Assembly: GCA_977030845.1 (NCBI GenBank)
Contig: OZ365114.1
Coordinates: 28,644,001 to 28,708,000 of the forward strand
Direction: 5' to 3'
From: Fimbriosthenelais zetlandica
Lineage: Eukaryota
Length of the DNA stretch: 64,000 bases
The notes beneath the pieces are model-generated. The model was not told where the DNA came from and ran no database searches. It was given only the letters and a program-made list of their open reading frames with translations. Below are positions 1-7,800 of the stretch, in pieces. A program made the position numbers and the translations under genes. Each line of letters starts with the position of its first letter. Position 1 is the first letter of the stretch.

Positions 1-1948
1 AAGATTCTGTTCAACTTGAACTGAATGTTTTAGACACATTTTTATCAAGCTCTTTAAATGTTTGACCTCTTTTTTTCACTTTCATGTGTGGACTTTGTGC
101 TGGCCGTCGTGTACCACTATTGGTTGACTAGATGTGAGTGGACGATAAGAACCCTGGACGTGATTGGAATGGACCTCCTCCTGATTGCTGATTGTCACCA
201 AGATGCCATCAGACATACGACTCGCCTTGCCCTTGGTCGTTCCTCCAACTACCACCGCCTGTAGGCAGACTGGCATCGACTGAATACTGAATGCTGAGAG
301 CTTTTCCCAGCATTAGTTTGTCACGAGATCCACGAAGTTAATTGTAAGTTTGTAGTAGCGGCTGATTCCTCTCCCAATACCCACATACCACTCAAATCGC
401 CTGTCTCTTCCTCTTGCCTCTGCGACTATCCATTCCACTCCCACTTTGCCCACCTGTACCTTCCCGCTCCCCCCTTTCCCTCCCCCCCTTTCCCTCCCCC
501 CCCCCTCCCCCCCTTTCCCTCCCCCCCCCCCCCCCACTCGCCTGTCTTATCATCCTTTCCGTGTCATTGACACTTAACTCACTAACTTAACATACTAACA
601 ACTAACTACTAACTTAACCACTAACATCTTGTCCCTTTCTACAGTTTTGTCCATGTCCTATTACCCAGTTCTCATTCCCGTCCACGTCCTCTCCTCCACT
701 TCCCATTGCCGTCCATTTCCCATCCTAAGTTCTCGCCTATATCAACTTCTACCTTCCCCCTTCTCCACCATTTTGTTTTGTAGTGAAATTAATGCCCGTC
801 GTTTGAATATATTGTCCACGAAACGAGGGAAAGTTCAACTGCTACTACAAACCTTTTCTTGATTAGATATTAAAACTATACTTACATTGTATAACGCGTA
901 CAATGTACGCCAGACTGAATGGACTCATCACGGAGCGTTTGGAGTAACTGGTCAGTCTGGGGGATTGAGTACCTGGGCTGGTCGGTCTATCTCCAAACAA
1001 TCCACTCACTTATTTAATGTTAATTGCCGGATTTTTATGTTGGAAGAGCCTTCCCATCAAATGACAAGCAACATGCCTGCCTTGGACATTAGTACAATAA
1101 AATTTATTTTGGACTATAACTATCTTTATTGATGTACATTTGTTCAAAACATAATATTGAATATTCACTTTTTCATAAAGTAATCTTAAATATACATGTA
1201 AAGATCTGCCACAATTTTGTACGCATTCCCACTTTATTAAACGAGATAAAGTCGATCAAGTATTGATACTCCTTAACTTTAACAAACTGACGTGTGTGAT
1301 CAAAAAACTACAAGTTTGCTAAACAAGATTACATTGCAATGATGAGGATGAATAATGAGTTATGTCTAGTAGCCTACAACTATAACCGTACAACATCATG
1401 AAGTTATCTCGTAGATGCGTTAATCCTGGAATGCACTAATCCGATCCTCCAATCCGTCCTCATGCGAACCCCCGATTCTAATGGCATCCAATGGTTGACA
1501 TTCTGTCAATGGTTAGCCTTACCTAGGTGTAAATGTCTTGTCACATTACAAGCATTTGGTGGGAATAGAAATATTGCTTACTATATGTTATACATATAGG
1601 TGGTATGTCCACCAGTTCCTCACAGAGGGCACCACTGGCAGGTCTTGTCTATGTTAAAGAAGTTAAGGGAACCTTTCAAAAGGTCCAACTGCTCGAGGAC
1701 CTATTGATCTGAGTTTTGACTTTCTCTCCCCCTCCTCCTCTCTCTTTCTGTTAGGCCTACAAACTATAATGCATTAAATTTGTTAACCGCGATTCTTGAC
1801 TTTAAACTAGGTGGCGAAGGCTGCTGTGTGGATGAGATCTCCTAATGGAGGTTCCTGATCTACACACCAGGTGGCGAATGGTGGCGAGGGAGTGGCTTCC
1901 ATGCAGTAGGAGAGTGAGAGAGAGAGGGAGAGAGAGAGTAGTTCCACT

Positions 1949-3192
1949 TGTAAAACTGGGTCGATTTCTGAAGCCCAATTTTAACTTGAAGAAATTTTGA
2001 ATAATGAAATCAAACACATGACTCAGGTTTAGTTAAAGCATGGTCAAGTGGAGGGGAAGGATCAGAGCAGAAGCTCGAGGTGCAAAGAGGCCCTCTCCAC
2101 TGTGAACCGTCTCTTTTATTCAGTTTCACTGACCAATGGTCAGTCCCACATGTACATAGCCAATCAGTATGAATTTAGTGCACATAAATTAGCCCAAGGG
2201 GTGTACCATCCCCCATCGACACCCTAGCTACTTACGACCCTTGGCCGTGATTGGCCTCCTGGTTTGGGTCATGCCTGGGTCACTGACCAATGGTGAGCTA
2301 CTCACAGAGACAACCAACTCACCCACGTGACTACCCTCCCTCCCACCCATGAGGCAGCCTCAGGGTGGGTGGGGAAATAACCGTCTTCCTATACTACAGG
2401 TTACATACATTATACATATTTAGGGACACTTCCGTGATACCTCCTATAAATCAGTATATAGAAAAATATGTCAATATACAAGATTAAATTATACAAATCA
2501 AGTTCATAGTATTAACCTTGGAAGTACTAGTTATACATTTACGGGAGGAGGAGTGTTAAAACTAAGAGACAAAGTATACATTATAGATTTTAGGGACATT
2601 TCCCTGATACCTCCTATAAATCAACATATAGAAAAATATGTTAATATACAAGATTAAATTATACAAATCAAGTTCATAGTATTAACCTTGGAAGTACTAG
2701 TTATACATTTACGGGAGGTGGAGTGTTAGAACTAAGAGACAAAGTATACATTATAGATTTTAGGGACATTTCCCTGATACCTTGTAGCAAATAATGATAT
2801 AGAAAATATATGAATATATAAGATGAAATTACAAAAACTATAGGAAATAACCAAGTAGGGTTACATTTAGTACTGTCATCCTTTGCTAGTAACCAGGATG
2901 GGCTTTATAAGAGATGACATAAATCAGATGATGAAATAAGAGACAGGATGTCAAAGATCCGTTTGGTATATCTAGGCTTATGTATAGTTCTAACTGTGAA
3001 AATACGGAATTGAATGATAAGGATATCGGATTGTATGCTTACACCCATGATGTGATCTTAAAAGTTAACAATTGCAATGAACTATTGAAACAATGTATAA
3101 ATGGTATTTAGAAAAGCATATTGTAATAGAAGATGATAATATATGACAATGATAACTGAATTTCATACCCTAGAATCCTTCGGGATTCTACA
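1949..3192 (-). mobile_element. Solo LTR (1244 bp)
   Basis: TGTA...TACA termini, 4-bp TSD CACT (1945-1948 and 3193-3196), empty site GTTCCACTGGTCAG at 11341. AATAAA on the minus strand at 2115-2120 suggests the orientation. Confidence 0.8.
2421..2830. repeat. 170-bp tandem repeat (~2.4 copies) inside the solo LTR
   Basis: TAGGGACA recurs at 2421, 2591 and 2761 with near-identical intervening sequence. Confidence 0.9.
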
Positions 3193-3649
3193 CACTGGTC
3201 AGTGGGAAACAGTAGTTGTAGGAGGAGAGACAGTGAGAGAGAGGAGAGAACATGGATCTAAACTTGATTACCACCTACATATTAGTAATAGCGCTACTAA
3301 CAAGGGATATTTTCCCTTCTGAGCATCCCTGAATATAGAAAACACTTATTATAGATTTTACAATTATTTTAATCTCTTGGGGTATTGTATATCATTCTCT
3401 CAGATAATGGAACATGTCATTTGGTCAGCACCAGATTGTGCGTTTATGGCCAAATCTATTGAAGCTATCAGGGGCGCCTCTCAGACAGCTTTACCTGCGA
3501 TGACGTTAAGTATAGATGTAGGTGAACGCTCGTAGTATGTAAGCCTTGATAGCTCATAGGGCAAAGTGTTGGATTTGAAACCCAATGGTGATCACACCTC
3601 TGCATGAACTATAGATTTACACTAATAAACACCAATATCATAAAATACA

Positions 3650-3655
3650 TTTATT
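3650..3655 (-). terminator. Candidate polyadenylation signal (AATAAA) of the Ig receptor gene
   Basis: TTTATT on the + strand about 940 nt past the stop codon; the first such hexamer I found downstream. Confidence 0.35.
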
Positions 3656-4595
3656 ACTTCAGAATGGTCAGGGACCATTCTTAAGTTAGCTAGTCAATCG
3701 TCTATTTTGTTATTATGCTCTATTATCACTGGCCTCCCTTCTCTCGACGGGCAGCCCTCGCTTAGCCCCGGTCAAATTCTCAAGGTGGGGAAAATACTGT
3801 AGGACGGTCGCTACAGCTGTTGAGCACACGGAAGCAGGCTGAGTGTCGGCGGAGAAAGCTAGTCTAATATTCTGCTAGTCTAAGAATTTTCTCCCTGCAA
3901 GTGTATAGGCATTCGAATCCCCCACTTGACCACAAGTAGGAGATTTTTTTACTTTCCTAGTTCTAAGGCATTGAGTGAGACCGGTAATAGAGAAACTTCA
4001 CCTTGTGATTCCTTATAGCATTGCAACACAGATATACTAATGTCTTAAGTTAAATTCCCCTCATTCCATCCTTCCCACTTCTATCTATCTATCTATCTGT
4101 CTGTCTTTCTAATCTATCTAATCTAAGTCTTATCTATGTTACCTATTCCATGTAATCTATCTAATCTATTTTACCTATCTTATATATCCTATCAAGTCTA
4201 TCTTACCTAATCTATATAATCCATCTTATCTACCTTAATAATATCTACCTTATACATCTTATACATGTTAATAGGTGTGAACAATTCTTTACGGACATAT
4301 TCAAGCAACATTATTAGCACCCTGACAAGATAGAACACACAAATCTATTATACCAATTATCGAGCAGCCTCAGAAGCATGCACCATGAAATATTAAAAAA
4401 ATGCTAAAAAATATAACCAAATAATTCGCCAACAGAAAATCTTGACCATACCTAATACCGTTGTTGAATATTTGTACTCAAATTCCCAGGTAACACATTA
4501 GTGTCGATGTAATCATACTTTGCGTCTGAATCATTGTTTGGTGATACATGAAGCTATATGTCTTCCTGTGCAGACACGGGGCAACACTCTATCCA

Positions 4596-4846
4596 CTACA
4601 CCGGAGTGATGTACGTACTAGACACATATGATTTTCTAATCTGATCATACAGGTCCTCATACGGGCTTGGTCTTTCTTGAAGGTGTTCATACTGCATGGG
4701 AGACTCATGTGGATCATTAATTTGGTCATAAATGTGTATCTCGCCATTATTTGGGGCTCTTTCTTGAAGGTCTTCATCAGGTGGGGGAGACTCATATGGA
4801 CCTATAACGTCATCATTGTTTGGGGCTCTTACTTCTGGTACCGGTA
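4596..4846 (-). CDS. Ig receptor exon 7: Tyr-rich cytoplasmic tail ending YITPV*
   Basis: TTTCAG acceptor; phase-1 frame gives PVPEVRAPNNDDVIGPYESPPPDEDLQERAPNNGEIHIYDQINDPHESPMQYEHLQERPSPYEDLYDQIRKSYVSSTYITPV*. The ORF track shows a different frame here. Confidence 0.85.
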
Positions 4847-7800
4847 CTGAAATTAAATTAAAATAGGCAAAATCGTGAGGCGAGCCATTAGATTAAATAT
4901 TTAGCCATCATTAGCATGTTAAACATATATAAAACATATCATCATATTTGAAAACGTAAATTAATGACCCATATGGAGAGAAAAGTAATTTTAATTGCAT
5001 GGAGGAATAACAACATATGAAACCAATGACATGGATTTAAGCCAAAGCAACATAAATTTAAACAAAAATTGGAAAATGCCGGTATTATCCTTAACCTTCG
5101 TATCCACTTTCGTTTTCATCTTCCCTTTTGGACTTCCGTTTGAGGAAGGACACAACAACGACCACAATAACGATGATCAAAACAAGCAAACCCAGAGATC
5201 CCCCGACCACGGCTGGCAGTATGGACGACTTCCAAGGATCTATAAAACAATATTATGTCACAATATTATCAGGCAATATCTGGAAATGTAATTATATCAG
5301 ATACTTGAGGATACTTGATGGGGTATATAGCAACAGTTTGTAGAGCAATTCACTGGTCTCTGTTGACAGTTGGTTGTTATGCCTAATATTTTTGAACTAT
5401 AGTCAATCATAATTTACAAGACAAAAATGACTCACCGAAAACCACAAATGTTTTTCTGAGCTCCTGCTCATCGTCAAACTCCGGCGTGATTTGACACAAA
5501 ATGTCCGCATAGTTCATTTCCTTCTTGGCACGTACAGTCTTCTTAATTTTATATTGGTATGTGCCGTCTGAATTTTGTATGGGATCCTCATCCATTTTGC
5601 TTGTTTCTCCGTTGAACATCAACAAGAATTTTGCCTGAGCGAACTTTGGATACACTCGACCGACAGAGCAAGTAATTACAACTTCTGTGTCCACTTGAAC
5701 TGCTAAATCAGGCGTGACTATCAGGTCGAGTTCAGATGTGGCTGGAATGGAGAAAAGTCAGTCGATAGTTTATCTGAACATCAGGTAGCTCAAAATATAT
5801 TTTTTTTAAATGAAAATCAATTCTGTAATTTACCAGTTCTTAAGTATAAAATTTATTTTGCTCAAAATATTTTTTTCGAGCAGGTCCATCATATTTGTTT
5901 TATAATCTCAAACAAAACTTGGGGACAGATTTTAAAATTCAGATGCTTGCAGAGTATATGCTTCCTGCATAAGTCATTGCACAAGGCAGGAATCGATTCT
6001 GTTCTGTTTAGAACCTTGTTATTTAATCATTTTAAATGTTATAAGCATTAAACATACATTAGATGAATGACTCACTGTAGACTATCAGGTTGATGTATTT
6101 AAATGTGTCACTAGCTGACAATAATTTACATGTAAACAGTGAATTATCCTCTATCTGTGATCGTCCTATAGTCAGACTGAAGGTGTCGCCATCCTCGTCA
6201 TCCATGTCCATGTCTTCCCGGGCGGCGGGTCCATGTGCACATACGGCAACACCCCTAATCTGACCAAACAGAGCGCCCTGCTTATTTTTAACAGTATGAT
6301 TAGCAAAGCCGCGATACCACCTTCGAGAAAAGTAATCCACTGTATCACAGTCCAGTGTCACTGGTTGGTGTTCTTTCACAGAGAAGCTTTCATCTGCAAG
6401 AGAGAAATATCAGACATATCAGACATGATGGGGTATCAGTGGCGGGGGGGCCTTGCCCCCTCCCCCTCCCCCCGGAGGAGGAAGGGAGAGAAGGGGAATA
6501 AAACAGAGAACGGAGAAGGGGAGGAAGGAGAGAAGAAAGGAGAGTAAAAGAAAGGAGGAAGGAAAAGAAGGTAACCAGCCTAGACTTGGCAGGCCCACCT
6601 TCGGGGGAGGTGCTTTAATGCCAGCCTTAGCCTTACGCTAGAGTACAGGTGACCATTTTTAAGCCAAACCTTCCCTGCATAATCCAATATGTAGGGGGAA
6701 CAGGCTATGGGTCAGATCAATTCGAGCCTACAAAAGTAAGGGCCCTAGGGATACACGTGTTAACAAAAATTTGCTATACATTACACCTAATAAACTTTAA
6801 GCTTCACAAGAAAATGTTAGTTCTAGCAATATCCATATATAACATATATAGACTGTCCTTCTTGTAAGTAATACAAAATTGTCTCGAAGTGATTTCGTAA
6901 TCAAGAGACCATTTTTACATGATGGCAATGTATGTTCCTACAAAAATGTAAAAAGAGAATTATTTAAAAAAAGGCAGTAATACAGCTTGCTATAACTGGA
7001 AAACTGTGTAAGATAATTGTAGACATGCCAGTTTGCCAGTTCACGGTGTTTTTACTCTGTGCCAGGGTTCTTGTAATATTAACATGCATCATCTTCGTAT
7101 AAGTTTTAGCATGGGACGGCTTACATGGTTGGGTTTAGATTCATGAGTCTAATAGAAAGGAACACGCGTTATTATTTGTGAGAGTCCCTTGCAGGACACT
7201 CGCTCTCTAAATATTAATGCATTGTGTCATAAGACACGACCGTATAGTTCTAATTTCAGGACTTTTGCTATATAATGACAAAATTTAAGGACTTTTCCAG
7301 GGCAACTCTTTTTCCAAGGATTCTCCAGGAGTGTGGAAACCCTGAAGAGTCATGAAGCCCAATGTCACATATTTAGTGGATTAGAATTTAATTCCATTCA
7401 TGTGCCAAAGTTAACAACAAAAAGAGGCAAGTCCGTCAATATATGTTGGTGCCTCAGAAGAAAACAAGTGTCTTAATTGTCTACAATTATCTTGCTTAAT
7501 ATCTGTGTCTCAGTCAAAGCTGCTATTTCATTGTATTGGTGAATTACTTCCTTTCTACATTTTTGGTAGAAACAAATATTGACATCTTATTGACCTCTAA
7601 AAAATTCCTGTGAGGCAACTTTTTATTAGTTCGAGACTCTATATGTAACTTAACTTTTTATTAGTTTAAAGCAGGATTTTATTAGTTTAAAGTAGTCTAC
7701 ATGCATATGGATATTGCTATGCTGCAAGAGTGTGACTTATAATTTATAAGTTATATTATAAGTAGATAAATCTCCACTGAGATTATTGATAGAAACAGAC

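Larger units (their letters stand above)
1788..3420 (+). pseudogene. Non-functional duplicate of the 5'UTR and signal-peptide exon at 11189-11560
   Basis: 1788-1948 plus 3197-3420 align to 11189-11560. ATG at 3252 reads MDLNLITTYILVIALLTR, but the GTAAGT donor is deleted and a solo LTR interrupts the UTR. Confidence 0.7.

Noticed and set aside
58-537. ORFs at the window start as a terminal exon
   Set aside because: All frames are interrupted, the 313-537 ORF begins in a C-homopolymer tract, and no family motif was recognised.
4589-4795. ORF-track protein MSLPHLMKTF...
   Set aside because: It is an alternative frame of exon 7; the spliced phase-1 frame gives the Tyr-motif tail.
6073-6344. 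CACTGTA heptamers at both ends of the V exon as possible RSS
   Set aside because: They are in direct orientation with no nonamer at 12/23 spacing, and the V exon is intact with its own G strand, so there is no sign of V(D)J-type splitting.
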